DNA from: a virus
Strand: one strand, 5' to 3'
DNA: 64,000 nt
Virus record (IMG/VR): IMGVR_UViG_3300045988_114508
Coordinates: 67,938-131,937 of that record
In this document: piece by piece, positions 27,744 to 37,198 of the stretch
Position numbering within the stretch: the stretch's first letter is position 1
How the letters are laid out: the number at the start of each line of letters is the position of its first letter
The notes under the pieces: model-generated
Database searches by the model: none
The model's input: only the letters and a program-made list of their open reading frames with translations
Told to the model about the DNA's origin: nothing
Made by a program: the position numbers and the translations under genes

Positions 27744-28100
27744 TCACATTATTCCTACCAAATTTACTTTTATAGAACCATTTATGGTTTTAATGCTCCC
27801 ATCTATGGTCGAAATCACATCATCTATATCATTTATAATACTTTCCATGTCATCAACCACCTCCTCCATATCAGTTACAGCCTGATCTGATTCCCAATAT
27901 CTTTCTGAGTCTTGTAACGATTCCGGTATATTATCTCTCGCCTCAGTCTCTTCGTCTAAAATCATATCAACATCATCTTTGGCTGAATTTATGTTGTGCT
28001 TCAACTCCGACAACTTTGATTTGATGTATTCAAAATCTGTTTTATACTTATTTACATTGTTAATAACATCCGATATTTTTTTTCTTCTCTTGTTGTTCAT
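27744..28100 (-). CDS. hypothetical acidic protein (118 aa)
   Basis: ORF; Asp/Glu-rich C-terminus. Confidence 0.45.
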   Translation of the reverse strand: MNNKRRKKISDVINNVNKYKTDFEYIKSKLSELKHNINSAKDDVDMILDEETEARDNIPESLQDSERYWESDQAVTDMEEVVDDMESIINDIDDVISTIDGSIKTINGSIKVNLVGIM

Positions 28101-29518
28101 GCTTTTATCCTATTATAATATTCTATAACCTTTTCTTTTCTATCTCCTGGTTTTACTGCCATATTCTCAGCCAAGAACCTAAAATACGACACCGGTATGT
28201 CCTTGAATCTAATTCCTTCATATTTTCCAAACCACATTATTATACTGTCAAGATCGTCTTCTCTCCTACCATCTCCATTCACAGATTTAAGCGAGGCTGC
28301 CCGGCGAAGGATCTCGTCTTTGGTAATAATATCACCCATCCTTATATTGGACAGAAGTTGATCGCCGGCAAACATACACCAGCCCTTAGAAGGGAATTGT
28401 TCGATTGTCAGGTCTTCTATCCGACCGAAACGCCTCATGTTGTCGCAGCAATCAACTATCAGTGCCTCTTTCTTGTCAGGATGGATGCGTACGGCGCGGC
28501 CTAATATTTGGTAATATGTTGAATATGAGAACGTTGGGCGACCAAACATCACGCAATCAAGTTCAGGAAAATCAAATCCGGTAGCAAGCGTTGAATAATT
28601 AAAAACCACCTTCAACTTACCTTCTTTAAAATCTGATATGATTTGCTCTCTTTTCTTTTTGGTTGTTAGCGATGTTACGACACCGGTTATGGCTCCCATC
28701 CTGGCATTCATGAACTCTGATATTCTATTACATGATTCGATAGAATCCATGCAAACCAAAATGGCTTTACGTTCGTTCATAAGTTGAAGAAGGCGCTTGT
28801 AGATAGAGTTGTTTAAGCCATTTCGTACAATACTTTCTTTAATAGATTCGTTGGTGTATTCAGCTCCGGTACTGTTTAACATCAGAGCCGATTCATCAAA
28901 CGACCATCGTTCGTACTTAAGTGGACACCAAAACCCTTGAGAAGTTAGTTCTTGTATTTGAGTTACATGAACTATTTTCTTGAAGAAGTTATGCTCGTCT
29001 TTCGTCAGCATATTGAGCTTGCTGTAGTTTCCTTCCAGCATGGAACTGTAGGTTCGGAGGCGGCAGGGAGTGGCGGTGAAGCCCAGCACCTTCGCCTCTG
29101 GAAACCCGTTCATAAACTCCATAAATTCAGAACCTTCTTCAGGAGAATATCCTGAATGACATTCGTCTATCAATAAGGTATCTATCCCTATATCCTTCAA
29201 CCTCGCTACATCTTTCTTTATGCTCTTTAATGTTGCATAAGTCATAGCCGACAGCTCCTTTATACCACATGAAGCAGAATATATGGTAGGTTTAGAACCG
29301 AATGATACGGCCTTTGCATAATTCTGCTCCAGAATCTCTTTTGAGGGCTGTAATACTAATGTCGGTCTATTTATTTCATGTGCTATCTTGGATATCAGAA
29401 GGCTTTTTCCACATCCGCATGGGGCTACGATTATGCCAGGCTTCTTAGATCTTCCTGTAAGAAACTTAAGCCCGGCATCTACTGCTTCTTTTTGGTAAGG
29501 TCTAAGTTCAAAGCCCAT
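28097..29518 (-). CDS. superfamily-2 DEAH-box DNA helicase with DUF3820-like C-terminal tail
   Basis: motif I APCGCGKS, motif II LLIDECHSG (DECH), motif III TATPCR, motif VI QILGRAVR; C-terminal MWFGKYEGIRFKDIPVSYFRFL resembles the FGKYKG...IP..YL.WL DUF3820 motif. Confidence 0.75.
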   Translation of the reverse strand: MGFELRPYQKEAVDAGLKFLTGRSKKPGIIVAPCGCGKSLLISKIAHEINRPTLVLQPSKEILEQNYAKAVSFGSKPTIYSASCGIKELSAMTYATLKSIKKDVARLKDIGIDTLLIDECHSGYSPEEGSEFMEFMNGFPEAKVLGFTATPCRLRTYSSMLEGNYSKLNMLTKDEHNFFKKIVHVTQIQELTSQGFWCPLKYERWSFDESALMLNSTGAEYTNESIKESIVRNGLNNSIYKRLLQLMNERKAILVCMDSIESCNRISEFMNARMGAITGVVTSLTTKKKREQIISDFKEGKLKVVFNYSTLATGFDFPELDCVMFGRPTFSYSTYYQILGRAVRIHPDKKEALIVDCCDNMRRFGRIEDLTIEQFPSKGWCMFAGDQLLSNIRMGDIITKDEILRRAASLKSVNGDGRREDDLDSIIMWFGKYEGIRFKDIPVSYFRFLAENMAVKPGDRKEKVIEYYNRIKA

Positions 29519-29894
29519 CGCAATCTATTTTACTGTTTTTTGAAAGTTCTATTATCGCCTCTTTCAACATCTCCCTTGCCTTATTCTCATTATCTTCAAA
29601 CAGGCATACACTGCATGTAGCACCTTTGGAGGGGTAGTCTCTGTAGGCTTCTGCTCTTTCTACAACGTACTCACAACAATAGTCGTGACTCATGTCTTTT
29701 GCTATACTTATAAAATGATCTTCTCCATCCATCAACACGCAATATTCAGCATCGTTTTCACATGCAATAACACCTTTGTTTTTTAAAATGGATAGCACTT
29801 TATTTCCAAAAAGTCCAATATAGACCCATATATCTTTCCCTGCATTTTTGTAAAAAATATCCATCCCTTCTTTGATTGTGACTTTCTTTTCCAT
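29508..29894 (-). CDS. hypothetical protein (128 aa)
   Basis: ORF; Cys-containing. Confidence 0.45.
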   Translation of the reverse strand: MEKKVTIKEGMDIFYKNAGKDIWVYIGLFGNKVLSILKNKGVIACENDAEYCVLMDGEDHFISIAKDMSHDYCCEYVVERAEAYRDYPSKGATCSVCLFEDNENKAREMLKEAIIELSKNSKIDCDGL

Positions 29895-30126
29895 AACCCC
29901 TTATTTTATATCAGTAATTAAAACATATCTTTTAACAATATCTTCAAGACTCACAGAAGAACGTATATATAGTTTTTCTTCGTACTCATATAGAGCGTAC
30001 CCTTCTTTTATGATTATTTAACCAACAAAACCACCATACTTTAGAAGGTGGATGAATTGGTTTGATTAATTTTGAATCAAAATTACAGATAAAAAAATGA
30101 TTTCATACAAATACAACATCTATCAT

Positions 30127-30348
30127 TCAAAGAAAACGAAGTATCTTAATCACATGCTTGCCTCTTTCAAATGGATCCTCAAAGTAGCTCTTATGTTCGT
30201 ATCTTTGACCTACTTTGATTTTGTCAGTTTTCTTCTTCATCTTATAACGACCTACCGCTCTACCCGTTTTTATGAAAGCTGTCGTGAGTAAGTATAATAA
30301 AACTAAATACAAAAGGATCGCTACTCCACATATTAGATCTTCTTTCAT
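30127..30348 (-). CDS. small membrane protein (73 aa)
   Basis: one hydrophobic helix (GVAILLYLVLLYLLTTAFI) followed by a basic tail. Confidence 0.35.
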   Translation of the reverse strand: MKEDLICGVAILLYLVLLYLLTTAFIKTGRAVGRYKMKKKTDKIKVGQRYEHKSYFEDPFERGKHVIKILRFL

Positions 30349-30514
30349 TGGACTCCCTTTAAGTAGTTAAACCATATATCCTCCAGTCTTTCCTGAAGCT
30401 CAAATGCTTTCTTAAAATTCCCGCTTCTTACAGCAACGTCTCTCATGTATGTCAAGTTTATAACTTCCGGATCTTGCCGGTATTTTGTTCTTAACTTTTG
30501 AACATCCTCGTATT

Positions 30515-31534
30515 TCATCGTTTTATCTTTTTAGACGGATCCCAATCTGAAGAGAAAGGGCATTCGTTTTTGTTATGTAATCCAAAGTCACAATAATAAC
30601 ACAGTGCTGACGGGCAGGGTAGCTTGTTTTGCGGAACAGGCTGACTTAGGGTGGCGCGCCGCTTGCTATACCTGGCTCCTTCTGCTCCCTGGATGTACGC
30701 TTGAAATGTTTTTACACTATTATCTTCAAAATCATACATTTTGGATAAAGTGTCATTTAGCATCTCTATAGATTTTGTTTTACGTTCCTCATCTACCTTA
30801 ACCTTTTGGTACTGCCTGGTTCTGGTAAAGAAATAGATGTTCATATCTGGCAAAACTCCACCATATTTTCTATAGATGTAAAATGAATATATAGGATGCT
30901 GTAAATTCGTTTCCAATTTCTTAGAATCAAAAACCTTATTTCCTGATTTCCAATCTATGACATAATGGTGAACTACGTTCTTGCTTTTTATAGCCAGATG
31001 AAGGTCTACCGATCCTACTATGTACACATGTGTATGAACGTCACCATTTATATCAACAGGCTTAGGAAGACGATACGGCAGCACAAAATCTTCTTCGACT
31101 CCAACTATAGCGCCGTGTCTGATAAGTTTTTCACAGGGATTAAGATCACTATCAGCTATCATAAACCTATTGCCGTCTTTTTTGAACAGATCCACAATCC
31201 AAGCAAGAAGTTCCCCAGATTGCTTCATGGCCATCATCATATTTTCCGGTGATTGCCAAGGTATGTCTTCTTGGTAAGCATAGTAACTTATCGCTTCTCC
31301 AAGGTCTTTACCAGAAGGCTGTCTTCCGTTCTTAAAAAAGTATTCCAGTGTCTTATGGATAACCGTACCATAAGACGTAGCTTCTTGTTTTTCCGTAGAC
31401 CTTTTGCCCTCTACGTAAGTCTTATACCATTTCATTGGACAGGTAAGAAACGTATCTATCTGGGAATAAGATATGGCAAGACGTTTCACACCATTAAACT
31501 CCTTATATAGCAAATGCGTTTCCGGGACCATCAT
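30515..31534 (-). CDS. Cas4/RecB-like PD-(D/E)XK nuclease with Fe-S-type Cys cluster
   Basis: motif I GTVIHKTLE, motif II VGSVDLHLAIK, motif III VIDWKSGN, QxxxY motif LQHPIYSFY; N-terminal Cys (LTCPMKW) plus C-terminal CPSALCYYCDFGLHNKNECP. Confidence 0.6.
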   Translation of the reverse strand: MMVPETHLLYKEFNGVKRLAISYSQIDTFLTCPMKWYKTYVEGKRSTEKQEATSYGTVIHKTLEYFFKNGRQPSGKDLGEAISYYAYQEDIPWQSPENMMMAMKQSGELLAWIVDLFKKDGNRFMIADSDLNPCEKLIRHGAIVGVEEDFVLPYRLPKPVDINGDVHTHVYIVGSVDLHLAIKSKNVVHHYVIDWKSGNKVFDSKKLETNLQHPIYSFYIYRKYGGVLPDMNIYFFTRTRQYQKVKVDEERKTKSIEMLNDTLSKMYDFEDNSVKTFQAYIQGAEGARYSKRRATLSQPVPQNKLPCPSALCYYCDFGLHNKNECPFSSDWDPSKKIKR

Positions 31535-31890
31535 AAGTCATTGTCTTTAAATCCTTCCGGGTAATATACGACATACTTCTTACCGTCTTCTGGTGTCATG
31601 GCAAACTGCATGTAGTTATTACGATTACGATGCTTGCCATCTAATCCTCGCTTCCAATACAGGATGCCGTCTATATCCACATAAGACCGTCCGCGTTCGG
31701 CTCTAACTACGTCCGTGTGTAGCAGATACCCGTCGGAAGACACAATCCATACTTTATCCCCTTTGTTTAAATAAGATATTCTTTTTCTTACAACAACCTT
31801 TTTCTTATTATCCAATACAAATTCCTCATCAGTCATACTCTTCATCCTCCTCTTCTTCTGTTTCAAAATCAATTCCATAACACTGATCAT
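31531..31890 (-). CDS. hypothetical protein (119 aa)
   Basis: ORF overlapping the nuclease start. Confidence 0.45.
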   Translation of the reverse strand: MISVMELILKQKKRRMKSMTDEEFVLDNKKKVVVRKRISYLNKGDKVWIVSSDGYLLHTDVVRAERGRSYVDIDGILYWKRGLDGKHRNRNNYMQFAMTPEDGKKYVVYYPEGFKDNDL

Positions 31891-32053
31891 AATGCTTGGT
31901 CAGTTCTTCTGGTTCTAAATCTTGTCCAAAATCCATGTTAAAAATATCGTAATTAGTAAAGCACTTAAAATCACTATTCCTGCTGGCATGAAATCTATAA
32001 ATGCTGCTTTTGCTTCTTCAATTAGGCCCAAGTGTAACCTTGGGCCGTTGTAT

Positions 32054-33754
32054 TTATTTTTTGTCATCTCCTTTTAACTTCTTTAAAGTATCTGCAATCG
32101 GAAGCTGATCAATGACTCCCAATGCCGGAGCGACGGTCTTGACAACATTGTTAAGGAAATTACCGGTACTGTTCTGACCGCCGTCAAATACCGTGATATT
32201 TCCGAGGTTAATGTGCTCAAATGCCTTAACCTGTTCTCCGGCAATTTCTTTCCACTGATTAACCATCTTGTACTGGATGGCGATCTGAGGATTGGATTCT
32301 GCTGCTTCCACCATAGCCTTAAATCCGTCGGCTTCTGCCATCAACGATTTTTTCTTACCTTCGGCTTCTGCCTCCAGCTTCATCTGAATAGCTTTTGCCT
32401 CCGCCTCAGCTTTTGCCAAATGTGCTGCTGCCTCTGCCTCAGCCCGGCGTTTGATCTTCTCGGCCTCGGCATCAGCTTGCAAGATAGCCTCTTCCTTCTG
32501 GGTTTCAGCCGGCACAATCTTTTCAGCCTTAAGCGCAGCCTGAACTTTCTTAGCCTTAGCTTCTTCCACTTCTTTATCAGCAAGCTCTTTTGCTGTTTTT
32601 ACAGCCGCTTCCGATTTAACTTTTTCTTCTCCGGCCTTCTTCTCTGATTGAGCTTTGATAATCTGTAGTTCTGATACTGACACAGCAACCTCCTTCTGGG
32701 CATTGTTGTATCCTATAGACGCATTTTTTTCAGCCTCAGCCTTCTTAATCTGAGCTTCAGAGTCTTGTATTGCTATAGCTGCTTCCTTGTCAGCTTCAGC
32801 CTTATTCTTTCCGACTTCTTCCATCCTTTCAGCCTCGGCTTTATTTACTTCAAGTTCTGCCTTAGATCTTGCGATCGCTGATTCCTTATCAGCCAAAGTC
32901 TTTGCAATAACCGCAGCCCTATCTCTATCGGCTTGAGCTACACCGATCTGTTTTTCTTTATCGGTTAAAGCCAAAGCTACTTCTTTTTCTTTCTTTGTTT
33001 CAGCTACTACCGTTTCCTTTTCTTTTTCAGTATAGGCAATTTGAATCTCTTGCTCTTTTTGGGTATTAGCTACAGCCGTTTCTTTTTCCTTTTGCTGTAC
33101 AGCAATCTTAATAGCACCCAGCTTTTCCTGTTCTTCGATATTAGCCTGTGCTTCGTTCAGGGCCTTACTTTCAGCTTCTTTGCCAAGATTCATGATATAG
33201 CCGGCTTCGTCTCTGATGTCACTGATGTTGATATTTAGGAGGTAAAGGCCTAACTTATTAAGTTCGTTATCAATGTTTTTTCTTGCCTTATCCAAAAACT
33301 CATCCCTGTCAGAATTAAGTTTTTCAATCGTCATTTCAGCAATGATCAAACGCATTTGGCCATAAACGATATCCGTAATAAGATTTTCAGTAGATTCAGT
33401 ATCCATCCCCAAAAGCCTTTCTGCTGCATTCTGCATAATTTCAGGATTTGTGCTGATTGCTACTGTAATAGTAGTAGGTACATCCACTCTGATATTTTGA
33501 GACGACAAAGCACCGGTGAGCCTACAATCTATTTGCATAGGCTCCATAGACAAAATATCATAGCTTTGAATAATAGGCAAGACGAATGCCGCTCCACCAT
33601 GATATAATTTCGCCGATTTCTTTTCCCCACCTGTCTTACCATAAACGACCAAGACCTGATTAGGCTTACATCTACGATACCTTGATAAGACTCCGATGAT
33701 TGTCAAAATAATCACTACAGCTAAGATAGCTGACACGTACATGATTGTTGTCAT
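32054..33754 (-). CDS. flotillin-like SPFH (band-7) domain membrane protein
   Basis: N-terminal TM helix, then VLVVYGKTGG...SPFH core; flotillin-type segment ISDIRDEAGYIMNLGKEAESKALNEAQANIEEQEKLGA; ~250-aa Glu/Ala/Lys coiled-coil of EA-type repeats; C-terminal oligomerisation-type tail. Confidence 0.75.
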   Translation of the reverse strand: MTTIMYVSAILAVVIILTIIGVLSRYRRCKPNQVLVVYGKTGGEKKSAKLYHGGAAFVLPIIQSYDILSMEPMQIDCRLTGALSSQNIRVDVPTTITVAISTNPEIMQNAAERLLGMDTESTENLITDIVYGQMRLIIAEMTIEKLNSDRDEFLDKARKNIDNELNKLGLYLLNINISDIRDEAGYIMNLGKEAESKALNEAQANIEEQEKLGAIKIAVQQKEKETAVANTQKEQEIQIAYTEKEKETVVAETKKEKEVALALTDKEKQIGVAQADRDRAAVIAKTLADKESAIARSKAELEVNKAEAERMEEVGKNKAEADKEAAIAIQDSEAQIKKAEAEKNASIGYNNAQKEVAVSVSELQIIKAQSEKKAGEEKVKSEAAVKTAKELADKEVEEAKAKKVQAALKAEKIVPAETQKEEAILQADAEAEKIKRRAEAEAAAHLAKAEAEAKAIQMKLEAEAEGKKKSLMAEADGFKAMVEAAESNPQIAIQYKMVNQWKEIAGEQVKAFEHINLGNITVFDGGQNSTGNFLNNVVKTVAPALGVIDQLPIADTLKKLKGDDKK

Positions 33755-33785
33755 AACTTTTAAAATTTAATTGTTGATAAAAAAA

Positions 33786-34280
33786 TTAGATACTTAATTC
33801 TCCTTCTTCATATTTTATATTCACCTTGTCGCCGTTTTTGTAGGTTTTTCCAGACAAGCATTTTACTCTCATTTGCTCTTGTCTTCCATTTTTCGAAATA
33901 TTTACCATATAATGATTCTTCCCTGATCTAAATACTATCTCAACTTCTCTTCCGTTTAAATCTTCCGGACATTCGTACACCATTTCTTGCTTTAACTTAA
34001 GAAGTAACTTATATACGTAAAACAAAACGATAAAGAAAAACGACCCTATCACAACCCCTACTAAATGGGAACCCGAAAAGTAGGTAGTCCAGCTATATCC
34101 AAGAATAAAATGTGTTATGCCCTTGAATGATATGATGTCCGACAAAGACATGCTTAAATCAGAAGCACTGTCAATGTCAATATCCGTATCCAGATCAGAT
34201 CCTAATATCGACAACAAAAACTGTATAACAAAAGCAAATGATGCTATTAAAGCCATGCATAAAATTATATCACTTCCCAT
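33786..34280 (-). CDS. NfeD-like membrane protein (SPFH partner)
   Basis: two N-terminal TM helices plus C-terminal OB-like beta domain (GREVEIVFRSGKNHYMVNISKNGRQEQMRVKCLSGKTYKNGDKVNIKYEEGELSI); lies directly upstream of the SPFH gene as in yqiJK-type operons. Confidence 0.55.
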   Translation of the reverse strand: MGSDIILCMALIASFAFVIQFLLSILGSDLDTDIDIDSASDLSMSLSDIISFKGITHFILGYSWTTYFSGSHLVGVVIGSFFFIVLFYVYKLLLKLKQEMVYECPEDLNGREVEIVFRSGKNHYMVNISKNGRQEQMRVKCLSGKTYKNGDKVNIKYEEGELSI

Positions 34281-34521
34281 ACCCTTCTGTTATTATTTTG
34301 TAAACAAGATCAGTCATATCTTTGATGGTCTCCATATCATAATCAATAATAACAATATTGAATTTTTGTTCCACCATCACATCAAGCTCAATTCGATCAA
34401 CAGAATCTAATCCAAGTTCTTTAAACGTCACATCTTCTTCATGAACTATATCTATTTCCGAATTAAGAAACTGAGTAATAATTATATCCTCTATTATCTT
34501 TCTGATTCTTACTTTTTCCAT
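34270..34521 (-). CDS. acyl carrier protein-like (83 aa)
   Basis: ...FKELGLDSVDRIELDVMVEQKFNIVI... matches the ACP helix-II phosphopantetheine-attachment signature (LG.DSLD.VEL.M..E..F). Confidence 0.6.
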   Translation of the reverse strand: MEKVRIRKIIEDIIITQFLNSEIDIVHEEDVTFKELGLDSVDRIELDVMVEQKFNIVIIDYDMETIKDMTDLVYKIITEGYGK

Positions 34522-35222
34522 TGCTTTCTAATTTTGTTAAATAAATACGTTTTTATGTTTTTCAATCGCTCTTTGTCTGTTTCAGAACTTCCGGTAAACA
34601 AATAATCCGGATTGCCTTTAGCCGGCGGCGTAGGCAATTTAGATACGGCAAACAACCAATCCATTTCCTTATTCTTCTTAGACTCCAAATAAGGCTCGGT
34701 AGCGATCTTAAATTTTTCAGCTATTAAGTCAAAGAGCTTTGAATTTTTAAGGTTCATATGAACTGAAAAAGCCTGAGAAGGCGGTTTCCATATGAAGTTA
34801 CATAAGCTCATTGTGTAATCTCCTGACTCTGCTATATAAGATTCTGTTACCTGAAGTATGACCTCTTTCTTAAATGAGGTGTTACCCATAAACCAACACA
34901 ATCTGGATTCCGCTTCTTTTCTGCTGATACCTATGTCTTTTGAATATGATTCGTACATTCCTATCATAATCTTCAACGTTTCCAGAACCTCGTCCGTCAT
35001 TTCCGGTGTCTCTATATAATTCACAAAAGACGTTCCTTTGTTGGTTAATCTCATCACGCCTGATTTTAATTTCTCAACCAGGCCAAGCTCTATATACCTC
35101 CCAGCATCTTCTTCCGGCATGGCTTCGATCATAACCGAATCCTTCTGTCTTATGGCAAGAAGATTAGCGAGATCATTAGGAGTCATGTCTGATGCTGCAA
35201 GTTGTCTGAAATTGATGTACAT
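34509..35222 (-). CDS. hypothetical protein (237 aa)
   Basis: ORF. Confidence 0.5.
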   Translation of the reverse strand: MYINFRQLAASDMTPNDLANLLAIRQKDSVMIEAMPEEDAGRYIELGLVEKLKSGVMRLTNKGTSFVNYIETPEMTDEVLETLKIMIGMYESYSKDIGISRKEAESRLCWFMGNTSFKKEVILQVTESYIAESGDYTMSLCNFIWKPPSQAFSVHMNLKNSKLFDLIAEKFKIATEPYLESKKNKEMDWLFAVSKLPTPPAKGNPDYLFTGSSETDKERLKNIKTYLFNKIRKQWKK

Positions 35223-35224
35223 GC

Positions 35225-35431
35225 CTAATCAGCTTTAATAAAAATAACATCCTTGTTATCCTCCCTCTCCGCGTGATTACACGGACCTGCAACCACACCC
35301 ACTGCCCCGCATGTAAAGTAATTAAATATACATCCTTCACATCCTGCATCTGGTGCCGTAGGTTCCACGCATTTTAATCTCACAAGTCCGGCATCAAACA
35401 CTTCTCCTATTTTAAATTCCTTCTTTTCCAT
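35225..35431 (-). CDS. small Cys-rich protein (68 aa)
   Basis: CVEPTAPDAGCEGCIFNYFTCG...CNH. Confidence 0.4.
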   Translation of the reverse strand: MEKKEFKIGEVFDAGLVRLKCVEPTAPDAGCEGCIFNYFTCGAVGVVAGPCNHAEREDNKDVIFIKAD

Positions 35432-35446
35432 ATTTCCTCCTTGTTT

Positions 35447-36049
35447 TTAACTGTTGTACCCTTCTTTAATAATCGAATTTCTACCGGTAGATACCGACTG
35501 TCGAAGATCGTCATGTACAGAATCTACCGTAGAATACTTGTTTCTGGTTGTAAAAATCACTTCCAGCATCTCCTTGTAATCACCTAAAGCTACTTCGTAT
35601 CTCGGATCTACTTTGGCTTTTCTTTCAGCCTCGGCATTACTTTTAGCCAGCTCCCGGTCGAGGAGGTCTTCTTTGATTCGGTCAGCAATCATATCAAGTT
35701 CTTTTTTAATAACTTCTCCTGCTGCCCGAAGTTGACCTTCTACGTCACCAAGCTGGTCTTGGACGGTTCCTATTTCTTTCTTTAGGCGATCGTATTCGTT
35801 AATCATACCCATATCACCTGCATAGCCGGAAAAGTCCTTGATTATTCTGGTTCCTTCTTTAAGGAGCTCAATAACTCGTCTTTTACGTTCTCTGCTTATT
35901 AAAGACGGAAGACGATAATTCATATCCGCCACCGCCTTATCATGTATGGAGTTGATTAAAAACATCTCTCTTTCATCTCCTGCAAACTCAGTAAGAACCA
36001 AAAGGAACTTACTTATCAGGTATTCGTTTTCTTCTACTGTTAGTCTCAT
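35447..36049 (-). CDS. hypothetical protein (200 aa), predicted alpha-helical
   Basis: ORF immediately downstream of the DnaB-like gene; possible helicase accessory/loader, but no motif. Confidence 0.5.
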   Translation of the reverse strand: MRLTVEENEYLISKFLLVLTEFAGDEREMFLINSIHDKAVADMNYRLPSLISRERKRRVIELLKEGTRIIKDFSGYAGDMGMINEYDRLKKEIGTVQDQLGDVEGQLRAAGEVIKKELDMIADRIKEDLLDRELAKSNAEAERKAKVDPRYEVALGDYKEMLEVIFTTRNKYSTVDSVHDDLRQSVSTGRNSIIKEGYNS

Positions 36050-36064
36050 GGTTCTTATTTTTTT

Positions 36065-37198
36065 TTAATACAATGACTGTTCTTCTTTTGTCTCTTGTTC
36101 TTGTTCCTGATTGTCCGTAACGTCTTCCACAGTATAGAGCTTAGGCGACGTCGGCGGCTGGTTGGGGTTCACGAACTTCGTCCCTCCCTCCCCGTACATC
36201 CATCCATGCCCCGGCAGGATCTCTGGGTGGATTGTATTAGTAAGCTCTTCCATACTAACTTGCCTTACCTTCAGTATATGATGAAACACCAGTCCGGCTG
36301 TCCTGAATGATGTTTTGTTTTCAGTTTTAAACCGGTCAAGAGTCTGATACCAATCTTTTCCAAATATCATATACTTATCCAGCCCGTATCTGCGAGGATT
36401 ATGCAAGCCTATCATTAACGTACATAGTTGTCCCAACGTATCAGATTGGTAAAAATCAGAAAGACGCGGAGGCTGCTCTTGTGGGCTTTTTATCCTTCCT
36501 TCTATCTCTCTGTTGAATTGTGATATGATGAGGAAAAATATGTTTTTATATACTAATTTAGCTTCGTTCATAACCGCCACCAAATCATCTATAGCCGACT
36601 TAGGATCTAACCCCATTCTTTTTATCAAAGCAATATGATCGACTTTAAATATTATAAGACGTTTGTCTTTGTGTTTGGTAGCTATATGATACACAGCCGC
36701 CTCAAACTCTTTTACCGTACACGGAGCATCGATGTATATTATATTATTCCTGATTTCACCTTGAAGGATTTCAAACATCCTCATCTCTTCCACTGTATTA
36801 GAATCTTGCCTTCTTAGTATTTCAGGAGCCCGCTTTTTCATATCCTGGCTCATTCTACGAAGAAGAAGATCTTGAGGATTCATTTCGAACTCGCAATTAA
36901 CAAGAAAATAATCTTCTGCTTGCGGGTTGATCATCGGATTCATCACATTTTTCAATATCTTTTGGGCCACATACGATTTACCCACAGATGGCCGGGCTCC
37001 TATAGCAATAGCATGCTGAGGAAAAATACCTCCAAGCAAAGCCTCATCAATATAATCGTATCCGGTTTTAGCGGGGATAAGCTCTCCCCGCCTGTATTTC
37101 AAGATATTCTCATACGCCTCTTCCATGACCTGTTTAGAGGTCTTGAATATCCTTCTTATATCTATCCTATTTGCTATCTCCTCGTGCATTTTTGTCAC
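36065..37198 (-). CDS. DnaB-family replicative DNA helicase (RecA-like C-terminal domain; reduced N-terminal domain)
   Basis: Walker A IGARPSVGKS, Walker B LIIFKVDHIALI, H3 IISQFNREIEGR (SQLNR-type), H4 RLSDFYQSDTLGQ. Confidence 0.8.
   Translation of the reverse strand: MTKMHEEIANRIDIRRIFKTSKQVMEEAYENILKYRRGELIPAKTGYDYIDEALLGGIFPQHAIAIGARPSVGKSYVAQKILKNVMNPMINPQAEDYFLVNCEFEMNPQDLLLRRMSQDMKKRAPEILRRQDSNTVEEMRMFEILQGEIRNNIIYIDAPCTVKEFEAAVYHIATKHKDKRLIIFKVDHIALIKRMGLDPKSAIDDLVAVMNEAKLVYKNIFFLIISQFNREIEGRIKSPQEQPPRLSDFYQSDTLGQLCTLMIGLHNPRRYGLDKYMIFGKDWYQTLDRFKTENKTSFRTAGLVFHHILKVRQVSMEELTNTIHPEILPGHGWMYGEGGTKFVNPNQPPTSPKLYTVEDVTDNQEQEQETKEEQSLY

Noticed and set aside
32213-33607. Plus-strand ORFs within the SPFH gene (32213-32647, 33041-33238, 33356-33607)
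   Set aside because: Antisense to a strongly supported coiled-coil coding region. Their Leu/Phe/Cys-rich translations are the expected mirror of GAA/GCT-rich sense codons.
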